Positions 50,485 through 61,013 of a stretch of DNA of 64,000 bases are shown here, in pieces. The DNA lies in assembly GCA_023386885.1 (NCBI GenBank), contig JAEWIX010000064.1, positions 103,314-167,313 of the forward strand, in the 5' to 3' direction. The stretch comes from Pseudomonadota bacterium. GTDB lineage: Bacteria; Pseudomonadota; Alphaproteobacteria; Rhizobiales; Xanthobacteraceae. Made by a program: the position numbers and the translations under genes. Below the pieces are notes generated by a model. That model saw only the letters and a program-made list of their open reading frames with translations. It searched no databases and was not told the origin of the DNA. Every line of letters begins with the position of its first letter. The first letter of the stretch is position 1.

Positions 50485-52137
50485 ATGAAAGACAGCAGCA
50501 ATCCCTATAACGTTGGCCTCGACAAGAACGCCGCCAATTTCGTGCCGCTGTCACCGCTCAGCTTTCTGTTCAGAACCGCCGCGGTCTATCCGAACCACCT
50601 CAGCGCGGTCTACGAGGACCGCTCCTTCACCTGGTCGCAGACGCTGGACCGCTGCCGCCACGTTGCGTCGTTCTTGAGCGCACATGGGATCGGACGTGGC
50701 GACACCGTTGCTGCGATGTTGCCGAACATCCCCGCGATGAATGAAGCCCACTTCGCCGTGCCGATGACCGGCGGCGTGCTCAACGCGCTCAACATCCGGC
50801 TCGATGCCTCCGCGATCGCGTTTCAACTCGACCACGGCGGCGCAAAGGTGATCTTCGTCGATCCGGAGTTCGCCGACGTAATCGCCGAAGCCCTCACCCT
50901 CATGAAGGGACCTAAGCCGCTTGTCATCGATGTCGACGATGCTGCTTTCGAAGGTGGCCGCCGTATCGGTGAGATCGAATATGAGGCCGTGGTTGCGGCG
51001 GGCGATCCGGACTTCGTCCCGGTGACGCCGCAGGACGAATGGGAGGCCATCGCGCTCGGCTACACCTCGGGCACCACCGGCAACCCAAAGGGCGTGGTGA
51101 CGCATCATCGTGGCGCGTATCTCAACGCCGTCAGCAATATCCTCGCCGGCAATCTGGGGCAGCACCCGTCTTATCTCTGGACGCTGCCGATGTTCCACTG
51201 CAACGGCTGGTGCTTCCCGTGGACGATCGCCGCGGCGGCCGGGGTCAACGTCTGCCTGCGCAAGGTCGATCCGGCGAAGATTTTCGAGGTGATCCCGAAG
51301 CACGGTGTCACCCACATGTGCGGCGCGCCGATTGTCTACAATACGCTGATCAATGCGCCCGGCGCCCCCAAGCCAAAGCCGGGCCACCGTCCAGTGGTCG
51401 GCCTGATCGCTGGCGCGGCGCCGCCGGTCGCTGTGCTGGCGGGAGCCGAGAACATCGGCATCAAGCTGGTCCACGTTTACGGTTTGACCGAGGTTTACGG
51501 TCCGGCGTCGGTCTGCGCCGAGCAACCGGGCTGGGACGACCTGCCGGCTGACCAGCGCGCGCAGCTCAAGCGCCGCCAGGGCGTCGCCTACCCGCTTCAG
51601 GAAGCGATCACGGTGCTCGATCCCGAGACCATGCGCGAGGTGCCGCGCGACGGCGAGACCATCGGTGAAGTGATGTTCCGCGGCAACGTGGTGATGAAGG
51701 GCTATCTGAAGAACGAGGCGGCAACCAGGGAAGCCTTTGAGGGCGGCTGGTTTCACACCGGCGACCTCGGCGTGCTCGATCACGACGGCTACGTCATCAT
51801 CAAGGATCGCTCCAAGGACATCATCATTTCCGGCGGCGAGAACGTGTCGTCGGTCGAAGTTGAGGACGTGCTCTACAAGCACTCGGCGGTGCTGTTTGCG
51901 GCCGTCGTCGCCAAGCCCGATCCGAAATGGGGCGAAGTGCCTTGCGCCTTCGTCGAACTGAAGGACGGCGCGACCGCGACCGAAGCCGATATCATCGCCT
52001 TCTGCCGCGAGCAGATGCCGGGATTCAAGACACCGAAGGCGGTTATATTCGGCGTCATCCCAAAAACCTCGACCGGCAAGATCCAGAAATTCATGCTGCG
52101 GAATCAGGTGAGTTCGGCGAAGGCGATTTCGGCGTGA
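50485..52137 (+). CDS. AMP-dependent acyl-CoA synthetase (medium-chain ligase-like)
   Basis: AMP-binding motif 'LGYTSGTTGNPKGV', 'GYGLTE'-like 'VYGLTE', C-terminal 'PKTSTGKIQK'. ATG at 50485 preferred over the GTG at 50476. Confidence 0.88.
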   Translation: MKDSSNPYNVGLDKNAANFVPLSPLSFLFRTAAVYPNHLSAVYEDRSFTWSQTLDRCRHVASFLSAHGIGRGDTVAAMLPNIPAMNEAHFAVPMTGGVLNALNIRLDASAIAFQLDHGGAKVIFVDPEFADVIAEALTLMKGPKPLVIDVDDAAFEGGRRIGEIEYEAVVAAGDPDFVPVTPQDEWEAIALGYTSGTTGNPKGVVTHHRGAYLNAVSNILAGNLGQHPSYLWTLPMFHCNGWCFPWTIAAAAGVNVCLRKVDPAKIFEVIPKHGVTHMCGAPIVYNTLINAPGAPKPKPGHRPVVGLIAGAAPPVAVLAGAENIGIKLVHVYGLTEVYGPASVCAEQPGWDDLPADQRAQLKRRQGVAYPLQEAITVLDPETMREVPRDGETIGEVMFRGNVVMKGYLKNEAATREAFEGGWFHTGDLGVLDHDGYVIIKDRSKDIIISGGENVSSVEVEDVLYKHSAVLFAAVVAKPDPKWGEVPCAFVELKDGATATEADIIAFCREQMPGFKTPKAVIFGVIPKTSTGKIQKFMLRNQVSSAKAISA

Positions 52138-52190
52138 ACCGCGGAATTGAAGACCGTCCAGCTGTTGTCTGCCGAAGAACGACCACTTCT

Positions 52191-52301
52191 CCCTCGTCAT
52201 GCCCGGCCTTGTGCCGGGCATCCACGTCTTTCAGGGCGTGACGATCGACTCAAGACGTGGATGGCCGGGACGAGCCCAGCCATGACGGATGACGTCGAGG
52301 G
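52191..52301. repeat. ~110-bp composite palindromic intergenic element (second repeat family)
   Basis: Hairpin ATGCCCGGC-CTTGT-GCCGGGCAT (52199-52221). 12-bp inverted repeat CATCCACGTCTT / AAGACGTGGATG (52219-52230 / 52252-52263). Hairpin ATGGCCGGG...CCCAGCCAT (52261-52283). Confidence 0.65.
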
Positions 52302-52309
52302 ATGTCGGT

Positions 52310-53113
52310 TTAATCGGAACTCAACTCCAGCCGCATTCCGTCATAGGCAGGGATGACGCCGGGAGGCAGCTCCTTCCGCAGCACTTCATAATCAAGGTCG
52401 GCGTGCATGTTGGTGATGACGGCGCGCTTCGGTTTGAAACGGTCGATCCACTTCAACGCGTCGCGCAAACTGAAATGGCTCGGGTGCTGCGCGTAACGCA
52501 GACCGTCGACGATCCACAGATCGAGCCCTTCGAGAGCCGGCCAGCTTTCTTCCGGAATGTCGTGCAAGTCCGGCGTATAGGCGGCATCGCCGATGCGATA
52601 ACCGAGCGCCGGGATATTGCCGTGCGCCACCAGAAACGCCGATAGCGTCATTGGGCCGCCCTTGCCGTCGATGGTACGGCTTTCACCGGCCTCGATCGAA
52701 CAATTGTCGAGGATTGGCGGATAATCGCTGCCCGGCGGCGAGGTGAAGCAATAGGAGAAACGCGACAGGATATCTTTGCTTGTCGACTGATTCAGATAGA
52801 CCGGAATGCGACGACGTTGATGCAGCACCACGGAACGCAGATCATCGATGCCGTGAGTCTGGTCCGCATGTTCATGCGTCAGGAACACCGCGTCGATGTG
52901 ATCGACATCGGCGTCGATCAACTGTTCGCGCAAGTCAGGCGAGGTGTCGATCACCACGCGGGTGACACCATGCTCCGAGCGCCGCTCCGCCATCATCGAG
53001 CAGCGGCGGCGGCGGTTCTTCGGATTGGCGGGATCACATGCGCCCCATCCCAGTGCCGGACGCGGTACGCCGGCGGACGAACCGCAGCCGAGAATGGTCA
53101 GCGTGGTCGTCAT
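52310..53113 (-). CDS. MBL-fold metallo-hydrolase (PhnP-like)
   Basis: 'HEHADQTHG' HxHxDH motif. 267 aa. ATGA-type overlap with tatD upstream. Confidence 0.8.
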   Translation of the reverse strand: MTTTLTILGCGSSAGVPRPALGWGACDPANPKNRRRRCSMMAERRSEHGVTRVVIDTSPDLREQLIDADVDHIDAVFLTHEHADQTHGIDDLRSVVLHQRRRIPVYLNQSTSKDILSRFSYCFTSPPGSDYPPILDNCSIEAGESRTIDGKGGPMTLSAFLVAHGNIPALGYRIGDAAYTPDLHDIPEESWPALEGLDLWIVDGLRYAQHPSHFSLRDALKWIDRFKPKRAVITNMHADLDYEVLRKELPPGVIPAYDGMRLELSSD

Positions 53114-53898
53114 GCGGTCGGCGCCGGTACTTTGCTGAACAGACGAAAGAAGTTTTCCGTCGTCTGTCGCGCGATCTCGTCAGGCGAAACGCCGCGCGCG
53201 TCCGCTAACACCCTCGCGACATCGACGACATAAGCAGGCTCGTTGCGCTTGCCGCGATGCTTGCCCGGCGCGAGATACGGCGAGTCGGTTTCGACCATGA
53301 TGCGGTCGGCAGGCAGTTCGGCAGCCAAGTCGCGCAAAGCCTGCGACTTCTTGAAGGTGATGATGCCGGTGAACGAGATCGACAGTCCGAGATCGATCGC
53401 CTTCATCGCAAGCTCGCGGCCGCCGGTGTAGCAATGCAGCACCGCGCGAAACGGCCCTTTCGCCATTTCGTCCTCGAGGATACGACCGCACGCGTCATCC
53501 GCCTCGCGCGTATGAATCACCAGCGGCAGGCTGGTGGCGCGTGCCGCGGCGATATGCGCGCGAAAGCCACGCTCTTGCGCTTCGGGGGGCGAACCGTTGT
53601 CGTAGAAATTATCGAGCCCGGCCTCACCCAGAGCGACGACTTTCGGATGCTGCGTCAGCGCGATCAATTCGTCCGGCGCAATACCGTCTTCCTCATCGGC
53701 ATGATGCGGATGCGTGCCGACCGAACAATAGACGTTGGGGAAACGCTCCGCGATTGCGCGCAGCTTCGCCTGCTCCCTCACCCGCGTCGAGATCGTCACC
53801 ATGCGGCCGACACCCGCCGCTTCCGCACGCGCGACGACGGCATCCAGTTCTTCGGCGAAGTCGGGAAAATCGAGATGGCAGTGACTATCGACCAGCAT
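53110..53898 (-). CDS. tatD: TatD-family metal-dependent hydrolase
   Basis: 'MLVDSHCHLDF' N-terminus, 'GEAGLD', 'IHTREA', 'ETDSPYL' motifs. Start moved inward from the track ORF. Confidence 0.88.
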   Translation of the reverse strand: MLVDSHCHLDFPDFAEELDAVVARAEAAGVGRMVTISTRVREQAKLRAIAERFPNVYCSVGTHPHHADEEDGIAPDELIALTQHPKVVALGEAGLDNFYDNGSPPEAQERGFRAHIAAARATSLPLVIHTREADDACGRILEDEMAKGPFRAVLHCYTGGRELAMKAIDLGLSISFTGIITFKKSQALRDLAAELPADRIMVETDSPYLAPGKHRGKRNEPAYVVDVARVLADARGVSPDEIARQTTENFFRLFSKVPAPTA

Positions 53899-53911
53899 CT
53901 TGGGTAACGGC

Positions 53912-55489
53912 CTATTCGTCCTTCGGTTCGACATAGCGCGGAAAGATCGGCGCGGGTGGCGGCAACGCCGTGCCGGGCGCGATGCGTGTCGCACCACCGA
54001 GATGGCCGAAATCGCGTGCGTCCGCCGACACGCCGAGGATATCGAGCAGCTTTGCCGCAGAGGACGGCATCACCGGCTGCGCGAGAATGGCGATCTGCCG
54101 CAGCACTTCGGCGGTGACGTAGAGCACCGTGCGCTGACGCGCGGGATCGGTCTTGGCCAATGCCCACGGCGCCTCGCCCGCGAAGTAACGGTTCGCTTCC
54201 GCGACGACAGCCCACACCGCGCTCAGATAATGGTGAATCTGCTCCGTCTCCATCGCGGTGCGCGCCAGCGCGACCATGCCGTCAGCCCGCGCGAGGATCG
54301 CCTTGTCGTTATCGCTGAACGTGCCCGGCTCCGGCAACACGCCGCCGCACTGCTTCGCGATCATCGTCAGCGAACGCTGCGCCAGATTGCCGAGGTCGTT
54401 GGCAAGATCGGCGTTGATGCGCGCGACGATCGCCTCGTGATTGTAACTGCCGTCCTGCCCGAACGAGACTTCGCGCAGGAAGAAGTAGCGGATCTGATCG
54501 ACGCCGTACTGCGTGGCGAAATCGAACGGACTGACGACATTGCCGACCGACTTCGACATCTTCTCGCCACGGTTCAACAGAAACCCATGGCTGAACACGC
54601 GATGCGGCACCTCGACGCCGGCCGCCATCAGGAACGCCGGCCAATATACCGCGTGGAAGCGCACGATATCCTTGCCGATGACATGCAGGTTCGCCGGCCA
54701 GTAGCGCTTGAACAGATCGCTGCCGACGTCGGGATAACCGACGCCGGTGATGTAGTTGGTCAGCGCATCGATCCAGACATACATCACGTGCTTCGGCGCG
54801 CCGGGCACGTGAATGCCCCAATCGAAGGTGGTGCGGGAGATCGACAGATCCTGCAATCCACCGCGCACGAAACTTGCGACTTCATTGAGCCGTTCGCGCG
54901 GCAGCACGAAATCCGGCACACGCTTGTAGAAGTCGAGCAGCTTGTCCTGATAGGCCGACAGCCGGAAGAAATAGGTTTCCTCCTCGGTCCACTCCACCGG
55001 CGAGCCGAGCGGCTCGCGACGCACGCCATCGGGGCCGACGGTGGTTTCATCCTCGGCGAAGTAGGCTTCCTGACGCACCGAATACCAGCCGGCATATTTG
55101 TCGAGATAGATGTCGCCATTCTTCTCGATCGCCTGCCACAACGCCTGACACGACCGCTCATGGCGCGGTTCGGTGGTGCGGATGTAATCGTCGTAGGAAA
55201 TGTCGAGCGCCGCCATCATCTCGCGAAAGCGCGCGGAATTGCGATCTGCCAATTGCAACGGCGAGAGGCCTTCGGCGATGGCCGTCTGCTGCATCTTCAG
55301 ACCATGCTCGTCGGTGCCAGTCATGAAGCGGACGTCGTAGCCGTCGAGCCGACGGAACCGCGCGATCGTATCCGATGCCATCGCAGTATAGGCGTGGCCG
55401 ATATGCGGCTCGCCGTTGGGATAGAAGATCGGCGTCGTGAGGAAGTAACGCGGACGGGATTCTTCAGACTGTGACGCCATTTGCTGCAA
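53912..55489 (-). CDS. metG: methionine--tRNA ligase
   Basis: '[15 protein letters not shown]' (HIGH) and 'KMSKSVGN' (KMSKS). The start may be the second ATG at 55480. Confidence 0.95.
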   Translation of the reverse strand: MQQMASQSEESRPRYFLTTPIFYPNGEPHIGHAYTAMASDTIARFRRLDGYDVRFMTGTDEHGLKMQQTAIAEGLSPLQLADRNSARFREMMAALDISYDDYIRTTEPRHERSCQALWQAIEKNGDIYLDKYAGWYSVRQEAYFAEDETTVGPDGVRREPLGSPVEWTEEETYFFRLSAYQDKLLDFYKRVPDFVLPRERLNEVASFVRGGLQDLSISRTTFDWGIHVPGAPKHVMYVWIDALTNYITGVGYPDVGSDLFKRYWPANLHVIGKDIVRFHAVYWPAFLMAAGVEVPHRVFSHGFLLNRGEKMSKSVGNVVSPFDFATQYGVDQIRYFFLREVSFGQDGSYNHEAIVARINADLANDLGNLAQRSLTMIAKQCGGVLPEPGTFSDNDKAILARADGMVALARTAMETEQIHHYLSAVWAVVAEANRYFAGEAPWALAKTDPARQRTVLYVTAEVLRQIAILAQPVMPSSAAKLLDILGVSADARDFGHLGGATRIAPGTALPPPAPIFPRYVEPKDE

Positions 55490-55528
55490 TCGGATGCTTG
55501 AGAGGATGAGGTGGCCGGGAGCGCGGTA

Positions 55529-56563
55529 TCAGCGCGTCGCCTCCGACAGTTGATCGAATACAGAAAAAACCAGCGGTTTTCGATCGAGATTGAAGGATTC
55601 GACGTCGCGCGCGGCGCGGCTGATCTTTTCCCATACCTCCGCCAAGCGCGCAAGTTGGGCCAGATCGGCGTTGGTCACGTCGCCGCGCAACTTGCCGGTT
55701 ACCCAACGGTCGACACTGTCGGTAAAGGCTGCGAGCGTGGTCCGGTCGCTGCCGCCGAGCGCATCGCCGAGGGCATGAAGTTGGCGCTGATCGATGTGAG
55801 GCAATGCATCAAGCAGTTCGGCGGTCCGCTGGTGCAGCTTGAGGGCGTTGCCGCTCATGAGATTGAGCGCGCGCCCCACACTGCCCTCGGAGACGGCGGC
55901 GGCCTCGATCACAGCCGGCGCATCGGGCGCCTCGCCCGTTGCCGTCGCCACCGCAGCCGCGACATCCGACGGCGTCAGCGGCCGCAACGCCAGCCTGCGG
56001 CATCGCGATTGGATGGTCGGTAGCACCTTGCCGGGGGCATGACTGAGCAGCAGCAGGATCGAGCGGCGCGGAGGTTCTTCCAAAATCTTGAGCAGCGCAT
56101 TGGCCGCGTTGGCGTTGAATTCATCGACCGTGTCGACGATGCAAACGCGCCAGCCATCGACCGCCGCCGTGGAGCCGAAAAATTCGATGGTGCGGCGCGT
56201 ATCGTCGACGGTGATGAAGTTTCGCAGCACGCCCTTTTCGTTGAGTCCGCGTTGCAATGTCAGCAACCCGCCATGCGCGCCGGACGCCACCTGCCGCGTC
56301 ACCGGATGAGATTCATCGACGTGGAGCGACGAGGCTTGCTGCACGCCTGGCGCGGCCGGGTCGCGATGTGCGAGCACGAAACGCGCCATCCGATAGGCCA
56401 GTGTCGCCTTGCCGATCCCCTGCGCGCCGCCGATCAGCCAGGCGTGGGGAATGCGGCCACTGCGGTAAGCATCAAGCAGCGTTTGCTCGGCATCGTGATG
56501 ACCGAACAGCGCCGTGGTCAGTCGCGGTTCGCGAATTTCGGCTTCGGTTGCGCGAGGGCTCAT
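55529..56563 (-). CDS. holB: DNA polymerase III subunit delta-prime
   Basis: 'HAWLIGGAQGIGKATLA' P-loop-like motif, 'LKILEEPP'. ATGA overlap with the tmk stop at 56560-56563. Confidence 0.85.
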   Translation of the reverse strand: MSPRATEAEIREPRLTTALFGHHDAEQTLLDAYRSGRIPHAWLIGGAQGIGKATLAYRMARFVLAHRDPAAPGVQQASSLHVDESHPVTRQVASGAHGGLLTLQRGLNEKGVLRNFITVDDTRRTIEFFGSTAAVDGWRVCIVDTVDEFNANAANALLKILEEPPRRSILLLLSHAPGKVLPTIQSRCRRLALRPLTPSDVAAAVATATGEAPDAPAVIEAAAVSEGSVGRALNLMSGNALKLHQRTAELLDALPHIDQRQLHALGDALGGSDRTTLAAFTDSVDRWVTGKLRGDVTNADLAQLARLAEVWEKISRAARDVESFNLDRKPLVFSVFDQLSEATR

Positions 56564-57252
56564 GTTTGCTGCGCCTCTGGCTGTTTGGCAAGCAGATGCC
56601 GCTGATGCAATGCCGACCATATAGCATCGGTTACATGTTCGCGCGGTTGGGTGGCATCGATGACAACACAACGCTCCGGCTCACGGGCCGCGATCGCGCG
56701 GTAGCCCTCGCGCAGTGTGCGGTGAAAATCGATGTTCTCAGCCTCAAAACGGTCGGGCGTGTCGGCCCCGCGACGGCGGGTGGCGCGCTGCATCCCGACT
56801 TCCACGGGAACGTCAAGAATGAAGGTCAGATCGGGCTTCAAAGATCCGATGGTGACGCGCTCCATGGCATCGAGTACGCGCAGATCGACCTTTCCCGCAT
56901 GGCCCTGATAGACTCGCGTGGAGTCCGCGAAACGGTCGCACAAGACCCAGACATTTTGCGCCAATGCCGGCTCGATGACGGTGCGGACATGATCGTCGCG
57001 CGCGGCGATGAAGAGCAAGGTCTCGGCTTCCGCGCCGAGCATCTTGCCGACGCCGGATAAAAGAACGTGGCGGATGATTTCCGCGCCGGGCGAACCGCCG
57101 GGTTCGCGGGTCACGATGGCGCGCACGCCTTCCGCATCCAGCCGCTCCGCGAGGAGCCTGATCTGGGTCGATTTTCCGGAGCCTTCGCCGCCTTCGAAAG
57201 TGATGAAGCGGCCACGTGTCGCGGTGTTCGCCGCACTGGTTTCCGCGGTCAT
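56560..57252 (-). CDS. tmk: dTMP kinase
   Basis: 'ITFEGGEGSGKSTQ' P-loop, 'DRF' motif. 230 aa from 'MTAETSAANT'. The track ORF is over-extended. Confidence 0.92.
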   Translation of the reverse strand: MTAETSAANTATRGRFITFEGGEGSGKSTQIRLLAERLDAEGVRAIVTREPGGSPGAEIIRHVLLSGVGKMLGAEAETLLFIAARDDHVRTVIEPALAQNVWVLCDRFADSTRVYQGHAGKVDLRVLDAMERVTIGSLKPDLTFILDVPVEVGMQRATRRRGADTPDRFEAENIDFHRTLREGYRAIAAREPERCVVIDATQPREHVTDAIWSALHQRHLLAKQPEAQQT

Positions 57253-58499
57253 CACAACTTCTCGATGCCCGCGCGGAACATTCCGATCATCAATTCGCTG
57301 GCGCCGTCGAATGCGCGTTGCATGGTTGTGCCGGTCGCTACGGAATCGAGCGCATAGAGCGGCTCCTCGACCGCGACATTCCCACCGCGCCATACCTTGA
57401 TAGTGCCGATGCGCTGCCCCGCTTCGATCGGCGCACGAACGGGACCGGCATAGACGATCCGCGCCAGCAGTTTGTCGTTGCCATTCTTCTGCACCATCAC
57501 GCGAACCGGCTCGGTCGTCGCGACGCGCACCCATCGCTGCGTACCGCCGAACACCTTGGCGGATCCTACCGGCGACTTGGCCGCGAACAAGGTGCGGGTT
57601 TCGAAATTGCGGAAACCCCATTCCAGCAGCTTCTTGGCATCGGCTGCACGATCATCCTTGTCCTCAAGGCCATTGACGGCGACGATCAGGCGCGTGCCGT
57701 TCTGCACGGCCGAACCGACCATGCCGTAACCGCCTTCCTTGGTATAGCCGGTCTTCAAACCGTCGGCACCTTCCAGCGATTTCAGCAGCGGGTTGCGGTT
57801 CTGCTGCCGGATCTTGTTCCAGGTGAATTCCTGCTGACCGAACAACTTGTAGAATTCGGGATAGGCGTGAACGAGGTGGCGCGCGAGTTGCGCCAGTTCG
57901 CGAACCGTCATCTTGTTGTCGGGGTCGGGCAATCCCGTCGAATTACCGAATGTCGAGCGCGTCAATCCGAGTTCGCGCGCACGCTTGGTCATGATCTCGG
58001 CGAACGCCTTCTCGCCGCCGGCAATGCCCTCAGCCAGCACCATGCAAGAGTCGTTGCCGCTCTGGATGATCGCGCCGTGCAACAGGTCGTCGACAGAAAC
58101 ATTGCTATGGATCGCCGCGAACATCGTCGATCCGCCGGCCGGCGCGCCACCTTTACGCCAGGCATTTTCACTGACCTTGAATTCGTCGGTCAGCTTCAGC
58201 TCGCCCTGCTTGATGGCATGAAAGACGACTTCGACCGTCATCAGTTTCATCATGCTGGAGGGCGCACGGAGTTCGTCGGCATTCTTCTCGAACAGGACGC
58301 TGCCGCTGCCCGCCTCGATCAGGATGGCGGTCGGCGCGTCGGTGTTGAATCCGTCGTCCTTCTTCGCACCCTGCACGCTGTTGTTGGCCGCATAGGCGAC
58401 CGTCGCGAACGCCAGCCCGCACCCGATCAGGCCGGCCATCGACCACCGCCAAAGGCCAGATTTTCGCGTCCGAGAGGGATGAAATCGTTCGTTCCGCAT
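57252..58499 (-). CDS. D-alanyl-D-alanine carboxypeptidase (PBP5/6 family)
   Basis: SxxK 'SSMMK', SxN 'SGND', KTG 'KTGYT'. N-terminal signal/anchor. Confidence 0.88.
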   Translation of the reverse strand: MRNERFHPSRTRKSGLWRWSMAGLIGCGLAFATVAYAANNSVQGAKKDDGFNTDAPTAILIEAGSGSVLFEKNADELRAPSSMMKLMTVEVVFHAIKQGELKLTDEFKVSENAWRKGGAPAGGSTMFAAIHSNVSVDDLLHGAIIQSGNDSCMVLAEGIAGGEKAFAEIMTKRARELGLTRSTFGNSTGLPDPDNKMTVRELAQLARHLVHAYPEFYKLFGQQEFTWNKIRQQNRNPLLKSLEGADGLKTGYTKEGGYGMVGSAVQNGTRLIVAVNGLEDKDDRAADAKKLLEWGFRNFETRTLFAAKSPVGSAKVFGGTQRWVRVATTEPVRVMVQKNGNDKLLARIVYAGPVRAPIEAGQRIGTIKVWRGGNVAVEEPLYALDSVATGTTMQRAFDGASELMIGMFRAGIEKL

Positions 58500-58650
58500 G
58501 CCGCATGTCCTGATTGCTCAGTCTACCAGCGCGGTCTAGCCGGAACAACACATGGCGGACGATGGTGCGGGAACGCCCGGTTGCGAGGCAGAGCCATCGC
58601 CCCTATCGTTCCATCTACCGTCCCGCCCTCTCCTGCAAAGGCCGCCCGCG

Positions 58651-59610
58651 ATGTCGTCCAGCAAAGCCCTCAGCGTCAATGGCATCGAGATGTTCGTCCG
58701 CGAACAAGGACAGGGGCCGCTGGTGCTGCTGTGCCACGGCTGGCCGGAACTGTCGTATTCGTGGCGCCACCAGATGGCCCCGCTTGCAGCATCCGGCTAT
58801 CGCGTCGTCGCACCCGACATGCGCGGATTTGGGCGAACCAGCGCACCGGCCGATATCGACGCCTACAGCATCTTCGATCTCACCGGCGACATGATCGCCC
58901 TGGTCGAGGCCCTCGGCGAAACCAGCGCCGTCATTGTCGGACACGACTGGGGGGCGCCGGTGGCGTGGCACGCCGCGCTATTCCGTCCCGATATCTTCAA
59001 GGCCGTCGCCGGCTTGAGCGTGCCGCCGCCGTTGCGCGGTCGCGGCCGACCGCTCGAGACGCTGCGCAGCAACGGCATCGACAATTTCTACTGGCAGTAC
59101 TTTCAGCCCCCGGGCGTGGCCGAAGCCGAATTCGAACGTGATGTCGACTTCACCATGCGCGCCGTGTTCGCGCGCGGCTTTACCGATCCGGCGGCCTCGC
59201 TGTTCGTCATCAATGGCAAAGGATTTCTCGGAGACCCAACCATCGAGCGAAGATTACCCGAATGGATCAGTGAGGCGGAGTTGGCCGAGTTCATCGCCGC
59301 CTATCGCGCATCCGGCTTTCGCGGCGGCCTGAACTGGTATCGCAATATCGATAGGAACTGGGATCTGACCGCGCCGTGGCATGGCGCGCAGATCCATCAG
59401 CCGTCATTGTTTATTGCCGGTACCGAAGATTCCGTCATCAAGGGGCTGATCGGCGCCAAGCGCGTTCACGACATGGAGCGCGTGCTGCCCAACTTGACGA
59501 AAAAATTGCTGATCGAGGGTGCTGGCCACTGGATTCAGCAGGAGCGCCCGGACGAGGTCAATGCCGCACTGATCGCGTTTCTCGCCGAAGTAACGGAACG
59601 TCGTTCCTAG
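58651..59610 (+). CDS. epoxide-hydrolase-like alpha/beta hydrolase
   Basis: 'HGWPELSYSWRHQ' and 'GHDWGAP' (Asp nucleophile) motifs. Start placed at 'MSSSKALSVNGIEMF'. Confidence 0.8.
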   Translation: MSSSKALSVNGIEMFVREQGQGPLVLLCHGWPELSYSWRHQMAPLAASGYRVVAPDMRGFGRTSAPADIDAYSIFDLTGDMIALVEALGETSAVIVGHDWGAPVAWHAALFRPDIFKAVAGLSVPPPLRGRGRPLETLRSNGIDNFYWQYFQPPGVAEAEFERDVDFTMRAVFARGFTDPAASLFVINGKGFLGDPTIERRLPEWISEAELAEFIAAYRASGFRGGLNWYRNIDRNWDLTAPWHGAQIHQPSLFIAGTEDSVIKGLIGAKRVHDMERVLPNLTKKLLIEGAGHWIQQERPDEVNAALIAFLAEVTERRS

Positions 59611-60599
59611 TAAAGCCCACGCCCGGACAGGATTTCACGGGGGCTTTCCTGCCGCTCGACTGGCGCGTAGGCATCGACAACGCGGCTCGCGGCTATATGG
59701 CTGCGTCCGCCATAACTGACTGCGCGCGCATTTTCGAGCGGCGCGCGATCGATGCGTGCCACGCGCGACGAGGACATTTCCGACGTCGCATTGGCGGAAC
59801 TGGCATCCGCAACGGTGTTGCCAAGGCTATAGGGCCGCTCCTCCGGCATCGGAACGTTGCCACGCATTGCTACGCCGCTCGTCCGCGACATCTCAGGAAC
59901 GAATGGACGCGCCGAAGCCACCCTTACGGTCGAAGGCGACGGCGCGGGTTCACCGGTTCGCAGCGTTGCAACCAGCTGCCGGTCATCCGAGCCTTCCAGG
60001 GGTGCGCGGCCGACGTATTCAACGCGGACGCGCGCGATGCCGCGCCCCTTGAAATCCAGCAGATGCGCCGCCTTGTTGGACACATCGATGATGCGGTTGC
60101 CGTGATATGGCCCGCGATCGTTGACGCGCACGATGAGCGACTTGCCGTTGCTGAGATTGGTGACGCGTGCGTAGCTCGGGATCGGCATGGTCCGATGCGC
60201 GGCAGTCAGTGTGTCCATGTCGAAGATTTCGCCATTCGCGGTCAGGCGCCCGTGAAAGGCATCGCCATACCACGATGCCATGCCTTCTTCGCGATAGTGC
60301 GGATCTTCATGCGGGACATAGACCCGGCCGCCGACGGTGTACGGCTTGCCGACCCGATAGGTGCCACCACCCTTCGGCACCGGCTCACCGAATGCCACCA
60401 CGCGCGGGCTGCTGGACACACCGTACTTCGGATCGACGCGGCTGAATTTTCCGGAAGAGACACAATTGGCGAGCAACAGGCACGACCCGACGGCGACGAC
60501 AGCGCGCGTGGTCCCGATCACCCTGGCAGAACAGCGAATCCCCATGTGCCCCAAAATACCATTCATATGGTGCAAGGCCCAACGTCTTCGGCCTGCCAC
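59607..60599 (-). CDS. rlpA: RlpA-family septal lytic transglycosylase lipoprotein
   Basis: Lipobox 'LLLANC'. DPBB domain 'ASWYGDAFHGRLTANGEIFD...VRVNDRGPY'. The start (GTG 60599, ATG 60566 or ATG 60545) is unresolved. Confidence 0.8.
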   Translation of the reverse strand: MAGRRRWALHHMNGILGHMGIRCSARVIGTTRAVVAVGSCLLLANCVSSGKFSRVDPKYGVSSSPRVVAFGEPVPKGGGTYRVGKPYTVGGRVYVPHEDPHYREEGMASWYGDAFHGRLTANGEIFDMDTLTAAHRTMPIPSYARVTNLSNGKSLIVRVNDRGPYHGNRIIDVSNKAAHLLDFKGRGIARVRVEYVGRAPLEGSDDRQLVATLRTGEPAPSPSTVRVASARPFVPEMSRTSGVAMRGNVPMPEERPYSLGNTVADASSANATSEMSSSRVARIDRAPLENARAVSYGGRSHIAASRVVDAYAPVERQESPREILSGRGLY

Positions 60600-60703
60600 C
60601 CGTCCCCAACAGGCTCTCTATAGGAGAGCGAAGTTAACATACCGCCGTTCGATCAAGGCGGAAATTGGGTGGCGCGATTGACGTGGTAAACCGTTGGTTG
60701 CCA

Positions 60704-60793
60704 TGGCGGAAGGGGTGGGATTCGAACCCACGGTGGGCTTGCACCCACGCCGGTTTTCAAGACCGGTGCCTTAAACCGCTCGGCCACCCTTCC
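60704..60793 (-). tRNA. tRNA-Ser (anticodon UGA)
   Basis: Reverse complement reads GGAAGGGTGGCCGAGCGG...CCGGTCTTGAAAACCGG...GGGTTCGAATCCCACCCCTTCCGCCA: 7-bp acceptor stem, long variable arm, TGA anticodon, encoded CCA. Confidence 0.9.
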
Positions 60794-61013
60794 AATCGTC
60801 GGCGTAGCCCTTAGCAAAGGCAGACGAAGGCTGAAAGCCCGAAACGTCAACTCCTTGCCGCGACTGGAATTGCGGCGTGCCGGACTGGTCGTAACCACCG
60901 CATCAATGTGACATCCATCACTATGCTTGCAGTAGACCGACGCCAGGCGGCCACAAAGGTCGGTCAAAGCTAAATGATGACATCCGAGTCAATAGGCTGG
61001 ATCGCCGGCAGAA

